Shown here: positions 49,631-63,320 of the stretch, one piece after another
Numbering within the stretch: position 1 is the stretch's first letter
Layout of the letters: each line of letters opens with the position of its first letter
Source: Felis catus
Lineage: Eukaryota
DNA: 64,000 bases
Assembly (NCBI RefSeq): GCF_018350175.1
Contig: NC_058383.1
Coordinates: forward strand, 4,402,001-4,466,000
Direction of reading: 5' to 3'
Notes under the pieces: model-generated
The model's database searches: none
Seen by the model: the letters and a program-made list of their open reading frames with translations, nothing else
Told to the model about the DNA's origin: nothing
Translations under genes and position numbers: made by a program

Positions 49631-51990
49631 ACACTGTAGGTCTGTTGCATCTTAAAAAGCAAGAGACACGACTGGTCTCTTTCCGCTTCTCTGCCCACTC
49701 AGGGTGGGACAGGCAGATGTGCAGAGCGTGGTCATCCCCTCCACTCTATCTAGACCCCTGCGATCAGTTTCTTGAACCTGATGCTGCAACAGAAGTACTC
49801 TCTTTAATACTAAACCCCATCTGTAGGCAGGGAGGTCCTGTGTCAGGCACAGCACCACCCCAGAGTGAGGGAAGTGGGTTAACTGCTCAGTGGTTACTAG
49901 GATTCTTCTATGGAGCCCCAAAGCGTCAGACAGAGCCCCTGCCTGCCTGCCTATGGTAACTGAGATGGACACGCTCAGTGGAGCTATGTGAGCTGGGGAA
50001 GACTTCGTGGAAGCAATAGGACCAGTGGCGAAGAGAATGAGGGAACATGTCCAGGAAAAGGCATCTATGCAAACACATGCAGGCAGGCAAGGGACTGGTC
50101 TCGTTTGCGAGAAACGGGAGGAAGAGGCCAGACGAGAAAGAGTGTTAGGAACCTGGAGTTCTAGAAGCCACTGCAGGTTCTCCCTAGGTGATGTGAAAGA
50201 ATAGCGAGCAAGGCTGACTGAGAATTACAGGGCAGCCAGGAAGGAAGAGAGTTGGGATGGAGAGCAGGAGGCCAGGGGTACAGTCCAGAGTGAGACTCTG
50301 GACCAGGGGAATGGAAAGACAAAAGATTCTGAAGAACCTCTTCCAAATGGCTAAAGAGAAAAAAAAGAAAAAAAAGAAAAAAAAGAAAAAACCCTAAGAA
50401 ACCACAGCTTATTAAAAAAATCTGCTGGTCAGGGAATCCTATTCAAAGAGGTGCCAATGCTCAGTCAGTTGTAGGGGCACAAGGAGGGAAGGTTTTGAAA
50501 TAACGTAGATGTGAAATGGTCAGTGCTTCGTGTGTAACACAGCAGAACTCCCACAATTTAATTGAAAGGTTAGTTTTTCATTTTAAAGTAACAGCATGGA
50601 AAGAAGTAATGGGTCTGGAACACTCAGATGAGGCGCGGTTTATTCAGTGCCTGTTACACGCTAGTTACTGACCAGGAGCTCACATCCATCACCTCAGGCA
50701 GCAGGTCAGTCTCGGACCCGCAGGTGAGGCTCCTGCTGGGGAGTGACTTCCCTGGGCCGGGTCTCAGTGCACGGGGAGAGGCAGAACTGCACCGAGGCTC
50801 ACGGCACCACCTCTATCGCGTTCTTGTTCCAAAGAAACTCCGTTTTCTCAAGCCCCAGACCTGAGAAGTTTATGTAAACTAACACAAAACAAAGCTGGCA
50901 GTAAAAGTGTTGACAGCAGGTGCAAAGAACAAGACGAGCTCCGTCAGCACCGCTGCTGGAGAAACCTCCCAGCAGCACTTGCAGCAGAGCCAGCGAGCTG
51001 CTTCCCGCAGAACAAAATGGTGCAGTCCGCCCCAGCCCCGCTGCTCTGGTCCCGTCTGCCTGGCTGTGTGGTGACCACAGCTTCAGCGGTGCTTCTGGGA
51101 CACAAACAAAGCCCCTGACGCCCTGAGAGGGCACAGGAGGGGGACAGGAGCAACTGGAGAGATAGCCTTGAGACCTTATTTTTATGGAAGAACAGCACTC
51201 CAGGCCTAACCTCCACAAAACGAAGGATTCACAAACACACAGGACGCTATGAGAACAGGGACATGCAGAAAAACCACCGGCCTTCCTTGGGCCTCAAGGC
51301 CTCAGGCTCAAAGCGCTTCCCCTCTAGCCATCGTCCCACGCTGCGATTTCAAGGCTGACCTTGGGCCCAGGACCAGGTGTGCGTCCAGCTGGGCTGCTCC
51401 CAACGGGACTAGCGAGTGCAAGGCACAGTCTCATCCAAGGCCCCAATTTCCAATGGGCAGGGGTGAATGCTTCTTAAACAAACCAAATGAAACCGTGTTT
51501 AATGACCTTGTTAAGAAACCTAACCGGAGGCCCAATTGAAGTAAAATGCCACTACAGGATCTGAACACGCACAGCCTCCCACCCGACATTTTAAGGGCGC
51601 TCTGACAGAGCTTACTGGGTGTGGAAAGCTGACAAGCATTTTACTTTGTATTATTTCTAAGTTGTCAGGGTGTTCACTTCAGAGCAAGCGCACGTTACTC
51701 AGACACTGCTGAGCATACGATTCTACTGCATCAGTCCACGGGCGGCTGGCGGTGTCCCCTCGCCTCTGAACGCGCTGTGCTCTGCTTGCCGTGTGTGGGG
51801 CGCTCATTACTGGTGAGCGAGAGAAGCTGTGCCCACTGCAGAGCGTGACAGCTAATGACATAAACACATTCTTTTGGCTTTCTGCCATTTCCCCAAGCTT
51901 TCTACTGTAAGGGAAAAAACAATCTTTAAAAAAAAAAGAAAAAAGAAAAGAAAAATAGGCTCTAGGCCTGATTTAAAGGCTCATCTATAT

Positions 51991-52168
51991 GGGGCATCTG
52001 GGTGGCTCAGTTGGTTGAGCATCCAATTTTGGCCCAGGTCATGATCTCACAGTTTGTGAGTTCGAGCCCCGCATCAGGCTCTGTGCTATTAGGGCAGAGT
52101 CCACTTGGATCCTCTGTCCTGCCCCTCCCCTGCTGATGCTCACTCTCTCTTAAAAAAAAAAAAAAAAA
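51991..52168 (+). mobile_element. Can-SINE
   Basis: TSD aaaggc(t/c)cat(c/a)ta at 51975 and 52169. Confidence 0.9.
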
Positions 52169-53269
52169 AAAGGCCCATATACAGTACATAGATTATAATA
52201 ATAACAAGCCCTTATACAGGCATTGTTCTAAGCACCTACAGTCAGGATCCTCAGATTGGAAAGAAATCATTAAGAACCTGGTTGGAATCTGGCCATTCAA
52301 TTGCTAATACTGAGGGTTAGGAGCCAAACAACTTAATCTCATTCTGGGTGTGTCTGTCATTACCTCACTAGCATTTACTGTCCATAGTCCTGGGACAGCT
52401 GCTCAGAACATTCCAGGAAAGATACTACCGAGGGGGAGGGTCATTGCAGAGGCCATGAGGGTTACTGAATCAGAACCCAGTAAAAATCAGGGCAAGGGGA
52501 TATTAGAATATGAAGGACTTGGGCAGTTTCTTGTTCCTTTCCTGGTTCCTGCAGAAGCCGGTGGGTTAACTCCTTTACATACGATGGCACACAATCCTGT
52601 GCCCTACCCTCAAAGCAAAACCACACGTGACTATCAGGTCACCAGACTCTGCACTATTCTTCTCAAATTAACTGTAATTTCTACCTTCTACTTGACCCCT
52701 ATCTTGATGTTGGAGGTGCTGGGGTTTCCTCCCAGCTGAGAGAGGAGTACTCCAGTGCAGGCTTGTCTGAATACTTCCCTACTACGCCAAAGGACACTCG
52801 CTGGCTTGGTAACTGGCGAGCATCCAGCTAAGGCCGGAATCTAGATTTTTTTGGTGAGGCTCGGGGGCCCTCTGCTGCCTGCCTGCTGCAAATGTTAGCT
52901 CCTCACTAGAGTAAAGAAAATCTCCCTCAGGAACCTACCCACCTGCTGCCGTCTACAAGGCTTTCAATTCATTTCAAATATCTACATGCAGAGAAATGTA
53001 CAACGCAGCTTTCTGTCATTTGAGCTCCTGCAATGTTAATATTTTATTCACATCTCATCAACAGGATCTGCAGAACATTAAAGCTTGTGACCAGTCTCAG
53101 GAAGGGAACTAAAAGTCAAGGATCTGCCTAAGAAAATCCCCCGAGTAGCATCACAGCCTAGCCAAGCACGCACTGTTAATCTTGTCACACAGAAAAACAA
53201 AAGTGGGATTCAGACAGATGAGTGTGACAGGGCTTCCCCACATAGCCTGTGGTCAGGAACGCTAGGCAC

Positions 53270-53460
53270 ATGTGGGCAGTCTGCCTTGGTCACTTACTAA
53301 ATGGTGAGCACAGGCAGGTGGGTGCCTCAGCTCTCCCAGCTTCGGTTTCTGCAGTCTCATTCTGTAACAGGGGATATAACGGGGCTACGGGATCGGATGA
53401 GACCATCTCCAGCACGTACAGGGTGACGGCACACAGCGGTGACCATAAATGTCAGCTGTT
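53270..53460 (+). mobile_element. MIR
   Basis: gcttcggtttctgcagtctcattctgtaacaggggatataac. Confidence 0.55.
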
Positions 53461-53658
53461 GTTCTGCCCTGCTGCCGTCACCACAACTGCTCACGGCCTG
53501 GGCCCCTCCAGCGCAGCTGCAGGAACACCAGGCCCCATGGGGGTCTCCAGCAAGAAGACAGGATGGAGAGGCCCTTTACACAGAGGTGACAGAGCCTGTT
53601 TCTGGACACCAGCTCACCAAGTGGGAGCTGGCTTCTCTAACTTAAAAAGCAGAGGGAA

Positions 53659-53878
53659 GGGGCACCTGGGTGGCTCAGTCGGTTAGGTGTCCGACTTCGG
53701 CTCACGTCGTGATCTCAAGGTTCCTGAGTTCCAGCCCCGCGTCGGGCTCTGTGCTGACAGCTTGGAGCCTGCAGCCTGCTTCGGATTCTGTCTCTGTGTC
53801 TCTGCCCATCCCCTACTTGCTCCGTGTCTCTCTGGCTCTCTCTCAAACATAAAAAATAAAACATACAAAAAAAAATTT
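53659..53878 (+). mobile_element. Can-SINE
   Basis: TSD aaaa(a/g)gcagagggaa at 53644 and 53879. Confidence 0.93.
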
Positions 53879-54834
53879 AAAAGGCAGAGGGAAATCAAGA
53901 GAGCTGACAGAAAATGAGAGCAAAGGGGGCTGAAAAGTAGATCTGCAGAGACAGCCAAGGAAAACGAATATGCTGTGCTAGAGCGGAGGGTGTGGAGACA
54001 CAGGCAGTGGAGACAGTTTACCGGTTGCTTTCCGCTAACCCTGACCACCCAGGGATTGGAACTGGCCGTGAGCAGAGCAACAAGGAAATTTATGCGAGGC
54101 ACAAGTACAGAATACTGAAAAGACGGCTGAGTCAAGTTGCCCAGTCTAGGAGTACGAGCTGAGATACGCAGCAGGATGAATGACAACAGGCAGCATCCAC
54201 TGAGCGCTCATGGACCAAGCATCTTCTTACGTTAAGTCATTCGGTCCCCGATCCCCTAACAGACCTTCCCCCAGGGGTGCTATTTTCCTCCCTGTTCTTC
54301 CAGATGAGACTGCGGCACAGGGTGGAGCGGGCAGTGTAATACCACTCAGCTACCGAGGGCAGGGGCTGGGGTCCGAACACGGGCCGCCCCACTGGCAGCA
54401 CTGGACGCACCGCACCGCCTGCTCTGCCCAAGTCTGGGAACTCTGGGCAGATCCCTCGGCCCAGAGCGGCGCTGTACAGGGAACACCGCTGCCCGGCCAA
54501 CCTCCCCGGGATACGCTGTGAGGACTGAGGCACGCGGGTGAGGACACTGTGTGGACACACTAGAGACGGACTCACTGCCATGGGCTGTTAGGAAGCCAGG
54601 GGGAGATGGGCGGGGCCTTTTGGTAGGAAGAAAGCTGGCCAGAATGACCCACCATAGTCCTCATTGCCTTACATTTCTGGGGGTTGACGTCTGCACCACA
54701 CAAACAGATATTTGACAAGGCCTGAGCTCCAGGTACTGTGGCAACATATCATAAAATCAAACCACTGAAATCAAGCAAGTGAAAGAACATTCCTGCTGTA
54801 GCATCTGCCAGTGGAATGTGCTGCTGCAGGATGC

Positions 54835-55005
54835 AAGGGGAAAGGAAAAGGACAAGGAAAAGGACAAGGAAAAGGACAAGGAAAAGGAAAGGGAAGGGAA
54901 GGGAAAGGAAGGGAAGGGAAGGTAAGGGGAAGGAAAAGGGAAGGAAAAGGGAAGGAAAAGGGAAGGAAAAGGGAAGGAAAAGGGAAGGAAAAGGGAAGGG
55001 AAGGA
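54835..55005. repeat. Compound polypurine repeat: (AAGGAAAAGGAC)3, (AAGGG)n, (GGGAAGGAAAA)6
   Basis: Read directly; about 170 nt almost free of pyrimidines on the + strand. Confidence 0.93.
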
Positions 55006-55049
55006 CTCAGAGAAGGAGCATATGTGCATGTGTGCACATTTAAAACTGT

Positions 55050-55230
55050 GGGTCTTGGGTGGCTCAGTAGGTTAAGCGTTCGACTTCAGCTCAGGTCATT
55101 CGCCCCTCGTCGGGCCCTGTGCTGACAGCTCGGAGCCTGGAGCCTGCTTCAGATTCTGTGTCTCCCTCTCTCTCTGCCCCTCCCCTGCTCATGCTCTGTC
55201 TCACTCTCAAAAATGAATAAGTGTTAAAAA
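55050..55230 (+). mobile_element. Can-SINE, internally deleted across the B box
   Basis: tcaggtcatt|cgcccctcgtcggg junction. Confidence 0.88.
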
Positions 55231-55984
55231 CACATTTTTTTTTTTAAAACCGCTGGTCTTAAGGAAACAGCAAGAGGAGTGCCTTTAGAATTGGCCCAGG
55301 AGCAGCTAGAAGACCATCACACAGCATCCAGAGCCAGCCACCTTCCCACTTCACAGGCTGGCCCGTCCGTATCTGCTTTCCTGCTGGCCGCAGATGGACC
55401 CTGGGTGGGGACAGCAGTGCGGCTGCCCAGGGTGGGGTGCGCAGTCTGTCTTCATGCCTTGAGCTGCCCTCACCTCCAGTCCGTCCTCCACGCTACCGCC
55501 AGAACAGCCTTCTGAAACACGCGATGTGATCACATCACTCCCGTTTCCCACCCTGGATGGACTTCCCACAGGGACCTCCCAGCCAGCTCTCAGAAACACT
55601 TTGAATAAGCTGTGTCCTTTTCTGGGAGCCTCTCCTACTCCTCTGCCCCAGCTTTCCAGCAGCATTCCAGGTCCGGTCCTGGAGCCGCTTCCCCATGATC
55701 TCCAACTCCCCAGGCAAAACCAGTCAGGCCCCTCCTGCCTCACTGGGCCCAGGCTCTGAGGCTCTGACAGCTCCCGAGTGGCAGGCTTGCACCTCCACCT
55801 GGCCGCACAACGTTCCCACTGGGACATCTAAAAGGCATTTAGATATGTCTGAAACACGAACTGGGATGCCCCTGCCTCCCCACAAAGCTGTCTACTCTGC
55901 CCTCTATCACTAAAGGATGCTATTGCCCACTGGCTAGTACTTCCAGCTCCACCTCAGATCTCTCTACTCCTTTTACTAACAAAA

Positions 55985-56216
55985 ATGTGTATTATTTTGA
56001 GAGAGGGAGAGGGAGAGGGAGAGGGAGAGGGAGAGAGAAGTAGAGGGAGGGAGAGGGAGAGGGAGAGGGAGAGGGAGAGGGAGAGAGAATATCCCAAGCA
56101 GGCTCCATGCTGTCGGCACAGAGCCTGACATGGGGCTCAATTTCATGAACCGTGAGATCGTGACCGGAGCAGAAACCAAGAGTCGGACGCTTACCTGACT
56201 GAGCCACCTAGGCACC
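55985..56216 (-). mobile_element. Can-SINE with (GGGAGA)n tract
   Basis: Reverse body ending gagccacctaggcacc. Confidence 0.9.
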
Positions 56217-57269
56217 ACTTTCTTCCACTCCTGTCTGTGTCCAGAGACCACTACCATTTCTGGCTGGGACCATAGAAGGAACTTAGATTTTGGTTCTTAC
56301 TTTCCCTCCAGGGCCTTCTGCCATGTCTCTAACAGCTTCTAAGCTTCTGGGAGAAAAACCACTAGCCCTGTTTCAGTGCACGTTTCTCTCTAGTTTATTC
56401 CAAGGGTTTTCTCAAAGCCTCAGAGGTCAGGCAGGAAGGCAGGAGCATCAGCACCAAGGACAGGCACCCTCTTCCTTCCTAAGCCTACCAACTGTCACAG
56501 CATGAACCCTTCTCTGTCCATAGTACTCGGGAGGTGTCAACAAGGAATCCTGTGACTCAACTTGGGACAGCTGTACCTGGTGAGCTGGCCCCAGCGTCAC
56601 TGGTCACAACTTCCACATGCCACAGACAGCACTGGCCAACTTCTTCAGTACATTATTCACTGGCCTGGGTGTCCAATCAAGTGACACACTCTAGTGCTGA
56701 TTTTCTAAATGGGAAACAGATCCAGAACGGGAAGGGAAAAGACCAAACTTAAAAAAAGCAAGTTCAGAACTAAGATAGTGCCCTCAAAGGGTGCCCCTAA
56801 GGATCTTCTAAAGAATGCTACAAGTGTGACTGAAGGCAACAAACTCCCTGAGCCACCACCAACCTTGAGGGAACAGGTTCACACACCCTCAAGACACAGC
56901 TTCACGGGCACATCTGACTGTTTTTGTTCTTTTCCCAGTTTCTTCCCCCCACAGACGCCTGCACTTAACAAGCAAGCGCCCCTGACCTCTCAGGATAACC
57001 GAGACCGCAGTAGGTGCTGTGCTGCCAGGACCAAGTGCGCGCACGCTCTCCCTTTTCTAAACGGCCCAGCCGGTGGACTCTGTAGCTAGGTGTCGGCCCA
57101 CACTTGCTTTTGCTCAAATGTGGACTTGAAAAATTCCTCTTTTGTCTTGAAATCCTCTGGAAACACCTCAAAGGCCACTTCACGGAGTAGCCCTTCACAG
57201 CTGTCAGTGTCCCTTTGGAAGGGCAGCCAGTCTCTGAGCTGAAGAATAGACTATGACATTTTTTAAAAT

Positions 57270-57700
57270 AAGCAGCATGTACTGGAGGGAACTATGTAAA
57301 ACCCTTTTGGAAAGAATTTTGGCAGTCTCGAGAAAATGGATTCTCTTGGACCTAGGAGTCTTCCTCTAGGGATCTATCCTAAGGAATAATTCTAAAACAG
57401 AAAAGGCTTTACGTACAAAGCCATGCACTGTGTTACTTGCAGCAGCAAAAGCGGAAAACACCTTTTCCCTCGGACCCAGGGCACATGTAATAAACTAAAG
57501 CACATTTGTCTGATGGAATGATAACCACCCATGACACAGGCTTGCAAACTGTTTAAGAATGCAGAAAGGGTTCAGGTCATGCTAAGTAAAAAACAAAACA
57601 AAACAAAACAAAAAAACAACAAAACCTGGGCATGATGCTGTACACACGGAATGATTATGATCTTATGGCAAAAAGCAAATGCTAAAAACACAGCATCATG
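57270..57700 (+). mobile_element. Ancient L1 (L1ME-like) 3' fragment
   Basis: aacccttttggaaagaattttggcagt...cctctagggatctatcctaaggaataat. Confidence 0.65.
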
Positions 57701-58054
57701 TTAGGAAGAGAGGACAGGGACCAAAGGGATCTGTGTGACACTAAGCAAGTCTTGCTCTCTCTGCTTCCTCATCAATAAAAATGGGGAAAGCAAATACCTG
57801 GCAGGATTCCTGTAAAGATCAATGAGAAAACTGTGTGTGCCCAATAAATGACAGCTGCTATCCTCATGCAGGGACAAGAGGAACGGGTGGTGCCTCCCAC
57901 ACTCCTCACCACGCCAACGTAGGTACAACGTTATCTCCTTACTCTCCGTGTGAAGTCACGTCGGCCACAGGCACAGGGGCGTCATAATCTTAACTATGCC
58001 ACTAGAACCTTCTAAACAGCTGTGCCCTCTATGGGTATGTACTTAACTTCTGAG

Positions 58055-58431
58055 CCAGGAAGAGGCTGCTTTTAGGCAACCCGCTTGAGCAATGGGAACC
58101 TGAGTAAGGTAAAAGGGCCCACAGTGACCACTGGGCTGAATGCAAACAGGCTCATTAAGCAACTGACCTTGAAAAGGGCCCTAGCTGACCAAAGGGCTAC
58201 TTGTAACTGGGCATGGGTCCCCAAAAGGAAAATTCTATCCATTCCCATCCCTCGTCACTCCCCTCTTAACCAAATCCCCCCACCACTGTCTCCCGGCAGT
58301 CTCTCCTTTGCTCTCCCGCCAGCTGCTCCCTTGCGGTGTATTCAATAAACTTTTATCTCCTTTGTTCTGCCTTGGGTGAATCCATTCGCCACCCATGCTG
58401 CCGGCTCCCCCCGTGACTGGGTTGCCCCACT
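58055..58431 (+). mobile_element. Carnivore ERV1-type solo LTR (CarLTR-like) inserted in a MIR
   Basis: AATAAA at 58344-58349 followed by U5-like tatctcctttgttctgccttgggtgaatcc...gggttgccccac; MIR core resumes at 58432; 5' boundary uncertain. Confidence 0.7.
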
Positions 58432-61121
58432 GGCCCCAGTGTCCCCATCTGGTAAAATGGGGGTAATGACATCTCTCTCAGGGTTACTCTGAGGACTGGG
58501 AATAATTTTTAAAGAGCCTAACACAGCAGCAGATAATAAATTAATCGTAGAATTATTTGGGGAGGATGTGGGGTGCTGGCAGTCCCATCAATATTTTGGG
58601 ACAAAATCTGCAAAAAGCTTATAATGAGCTGAGCAGAGTTTATATCCTAGTTACGCTGCCCATTCTCACATAGACAAATGAGAGACAGGATTCTCCAGCT
58701 TCATTCCAAACGGATGGGGACAGGGCAGGGAAGCTTTTGCTTAAAGGAAGAGTAACATTAGGATATGACAAGTTACATACGGTGAGAAGGTTGGCCATGG
58801 CTGAGTTAAGGACTAGATAAAAAAGCAGACGGTGACGTGTGAAGAACAAGTAGAAAAGCAATTCAGCCTAGCCAGTATCTGGCAGTGACTTGTGATAGCT
58901 GAACATGGGCTTTCTAAGCCAAGCCTATGCATTAAAACACAACAACAAACAAAACCATCCTGATGTTCAGACTAGTGCCAGATTTCTGTTTTTCCTGACC
59001 TGCTCTAGGAAGCACCGGCCATCACTCCTGGAGCATGACGCTCCCTGGGGTTTCTGGAAAGCAAGGCTGGCTTGTGTCAGCGGTAGCGAAGATCGACCCG
59101 AGGAGTTGTGTAGTGTCCTCAGTTCTACTCAAGGCCCAGGTGCCTGTGTCCTGGGCAGAGGGGAGCAGAGCCGCCTCTACGGATATCTTAACAGCTATTC
59201 CAATGGGCTCCCAAACAGCATCTGTTCAAGGCACAAAACCTTTGCCGTCGTAGGGTCCTCTCCTCCAGCAAGAAGGAAACATGAACTCCGGCCGGGGTGG
59301 TCTGCGGCTGCACCCCAAGTCCGGGTTCAGGCTGTGTGGGGAAGGGCCATCATTCAACACCCTGTCCACTCGTGCAGGCTGAGCACAAGTGCCCGGCCAC
59401 TGCTGAAGGTGGGTTGCGACCGGAGGAAGCCAGCTTCTGCTGGTTAGTCCTCTGCAGCCCCCATAACCTCACCACCTTTGCTACCGGCTGCTCACTCCAC
59501 ACAATGCCTCCCACAGGGAGACAGCCCACAGCAGAAAGGGAGTGAGCCTTCAGCCACTGGACTCGGGCTGTAGAAACCGGGGAGGCTCCCCACAGTCGTC
59601 ATCCACCGCAGATGTGTGGACACGGGGGTGGCTCTGCTGGCGATGGCGGCCTGAGGTGGAAAGGACACACTCACCTGGAACAAAGTCACCCCCTTCCCTT
59701 TGCCCCACAGGCTCTCGGGCCTCTTCGGCCTTCACAACTAGATGGGTAACAGTGATCAGTTAGGAGAGGAGACTCCCCCTGGCCCCTGTCTGGGGTCTGA
59801 GCTCTTTTGGGGCCTGTGCGATCCCTCCTTTCCACACAGGCAGGCAGGGCTGAAGGAACCCAGGGTGTGAGAGTATTTTTCAGTCTCTGGAAGGGCAGGG
59901 CTGTAGAAATCGTTCTGTGACCTTATTTTCCTGGATGCTAAGAGATGCACACTAAACATAACTACTACGAAAATACAGCAAGCTGGAAGATGAACTCCAC
60001 AGAGGCAACTTCTGCTACCTTTCTCTTTCTTCCCCAAACTCAAAGGACAAAGTGATAAGCTGACAATATAAGGGGAGGGGCTTGGCAGGCAGGGAAGTAC
60101 GCTTGAGCCCCTCTCCTCGCACAGACACATCCAAACGGCAAGGCACCAAGCTGCAAACGCTGAGCTCAGGAGTAATTAAATCAAATTAATCTTGGGAAAA
60201 GAGCTTTAAATATTCAAAGCCCCATTAATCCTCATGCCTTGTAATTAAATATGTATGTTAAGAAGGCTTGGACAAAAGCAAAACGTTCTCAATATGTGAA
60301 TTCTTTACATTCGTAGCATTATAATGCATTCTAAGTACTGACCTCGTAGACAACTATGTAAAAAATTCAGTGAAGCGCACGTTGTAAAAACATGGCAGAA
60401 AGAATGTAGCTACAATCTCTGGCCATCCTGAGCACCTTTTAGAAAAATGTGCCTTGATAAACATCTTCAGTTTCCAGGCTCCACATAATTTGCCCAGTGA
60501 TAACCCTCACTTAGTCTGGACTCTCCCTGGTCCTCACTCCTTCGGGTCCCGACGGGGCAGCCCTCACACATGGCTTGAAAAGTTCTTGGCTTCTGTTGCT
60601 CTGGGATCCTCTCTTCTATTTTACTTCCTTATTAAAACACACAGATTGTGTCATCTTCCAGGAATAACCTTTCCTTTGCTAATCAACCACTGAGAGAGAC
60701 TGGTCAGCCCAACCTATCGTGTGTCTTAGAGGGAAGACACCCAATGTTCCAATCCTAAAACACAGCATAATTGCCAAAACCCTCCAGGAACTGCTGCCAT
60801 GTGGTCTCTGAAGAGCTCTCCCCTTTCATGGGACCCCACTGCCTCACAACCACCCTGGCAAGGGCAACAGGAAGTAGCATGTCCGTTTTTCTGATGAGGA
60901 AAATCAGAGTGAATGATAGGCTGATGGTCACACAGCAAGTAGTCTGAACGGCATCAGTTCTCCGATTAAGTGCTACAGGTCCGAACCAGCAGCACCTCCA
61001 GGAAAGGCTGTCACAATGCAGGCCCAATCACTCAGTGTGCTCCCGTGATTTGTCTAAATTGCTCGATGGGCTCTGTTAGAACTGTTGTTACCAACTACTT
61101 CTTAAAAAATACATGAGCTGG

Positions 61122-61445
61122 TGCTATGGACTGAATGTTTGTGTCCTTGCAAAATTCTTATGTGAAATCCTAACACCTCTGATGTGATGGTAACAGGAGG
61201 TGGGTGGAGCCCTCATGAATGGGATTCCTTAGAAGAGACACTTAGAAGAGACCTGGCTCTCTGCTCTGCCACGACGACACATAGAGAAGTCAGCCATCTG
61301 CAAACCAGAAGGTGGGCCCTCACAGGAACTGAATCTGCTGGCACCTTGAACTTGAACTTCCCAGCCTCCAGACTGCAAGAAATGAATGTTTGTTGTTTAA
61401 GCCGCCCAGTCTACAGTAATTTGTATAACACCCTGAGCTCAGACA
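61122..61445 (+). mobile_element. MaLR solo LTR (MLT1A-like)
   Basis: TG...CA termini with perfect 5-bp TSD gctgg at 61117-61121 and 61446-61450. Confidence 0.92.
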
Positions 61446-61939
61446 GCTGGGTTTGGAAAGCCTGTCAACAAATCTTTCCAAGGTAGTGGTATTTGTGGTC
61501 ATGGAAGTTTACTTACAGAAAATCTTAACAAGATAAAAGCAGAAGCATGGATTCATTACCACGGTCAACTGAATGTTAATCTGTCAGGAATACCAGGTTC
61601 AAACCCAAAACTAGAAATTAAGGGAACAGGTGGAGTTCTCAGAGTCTTTGTATCTATTTTTGGACCAAGATACTGTAGAAGGATTCTCATACCAATACTG
61701 GCGGATCTAAACAGCATCTTAAGTTTCTCTTCTGCCCCTTGCAAGATGCTGACGTAGGCAGATTTCGTTCCAGGGGGAGAAAAACTAGATAAATGCGGAG
61801 AAATCAAGAATAAAAAAACCTCGCCTTTCGTTTATTTCCCAAGCCCCATGAGAGGGAGAAGATGAATGAACCCACCTGTATTTCAAGGACCTGAATATTA
61901 AAGGGGCCACCTAAGAATCTTACAAACACCCTCCCCTCC

Positions 61940-62075
61940 ATCAATCCTCAGGCCACCCCATGACACAGGTATGTATCATTATACCCGTTGTACAGATGAG
62001 GAAACCAAGTTACTGAAAGACTGAAGGACTGAGCTAGACCACATAGGTTATGCCCAAAAGTCTCACTGTCATTTG
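61940..62075 (-). mobile_element. MIR
   Basis: attatacccgttgtacagatgaggaaaccaag. Confidence 0.65.
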
Positions 62076-63119
62076 GCAATGAAACCAGAGAGGCGAGTGG
62101 AGCGGTAAATAAGCGTCAGAGGAATGGGTATGTCCGATCAATGAAGTCTTTGCCTCCTGTGTATTGATCTTGTTCCGTAACTGAAAAAACTTAGGACACA
62201 GACTTTAACATCAGAAGTTTCTGCCTCGTGAATCTCACTTCTGCGCGACTGCAGATACGGACCCTGACACAACGCTAGGTCTCACAGATGGAGAGGGCGT
62301 GCAGGTCAAGTGAGTGAGATGGAACTTCACCATCGAAACTGCAGGAAGCTCTGCCAAGTCTTCTTGGAACAGTCATGAGAATATTAACGGAAGACACTCC
62401 TGCTTCAAGTCCTAGATTCCTACTTGCTGGCCTGCGAGGACACCAGGCTTTCATTCTGCTGTTCAAAGCACAGAACTGAAAGTGTAAAAACTGAAAGGCA
62501 TTTCCAGCAATGATTAGTCTTCCTTCGATTATTTAATGTTGGGAGAATAGAAGAAAAAACTATAAAAAGTAGATAGTAAATGAAGAGGGCTGCATACTGT
62601 ACATAATATGACACGCTCACATAGCCAAGAGCTGCAAAGAAATGGAAGCAGGAGCTACTGACTGGCTCATTCCAGACAGACTGAATGTCAGGGGGAAAGG
62701 GTTTTCTGTCCTGGAGCTGTTGGTTGTTTTGTTTTGTTTTAATCTCAGAGATTACTGGGGAAAGCAAACACACCCATGCACATGCCACTAAGAAACACAA
62801 AAGGCACACATGAAGGCAAAGCGCACTCCTGTGGTTTCAAGCCTTTCTTCAGCAGTTTGTGTTTCATTCCAGAAGATACACACACTTAACAGATAAACGC
62901 TTTCCATTCACACAGAAGGAGCCAAATGCTCACAGTGCACACACTGCACCTTGCTGTTTTCACTTGATGGTGCATTTCTTACAGAGGTGTCTTGATCAGT
63001 ACCTATAGGTCTATCTTAGTTTTTTTTTGGAATGAGTTATGTAAAATTTGTTGGTGATTCTAGCACTGGGCCATTCTTAATTTACCTATTTCATACTCTT
63101 ATGAAAAAGGGTTGCTTTT

Positions 63120-63320
63120 GGGGTGCCTGGGTGGCTCAGTCAGGCGTCGGACTCTTGATTTCGGCTCAGGTCATGATCTCGCGGTTCATGGGTTCCAGAC
63201 CCGTGTCAGGCTCAGTGCTGACAGCTCAGAGCCTGCTTGGGATTCTCTCTCTCTGTGCCCCTCCCCTGCTCATGCATGTGCGCACTCTCTCTCTCTCCAT
63301 AAGTAAATAAGCTTAAAAAA
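63120..63320 (+). mobile_element. Can-SINE
   Basis: TSD aggg(t/c)tgcttttg on both sides. Confidence 0.92.

Noticed and set aside
54757..55125. Low-complexity GK-rich or FP-rich ORFs
   Set aside because: Products of the polypurine microsatellite
58905..59447. 180-aa ORF antisense to RNF216
   Set aside because: No recognisable domain or homology; compatible with chance in GC-rich DNA
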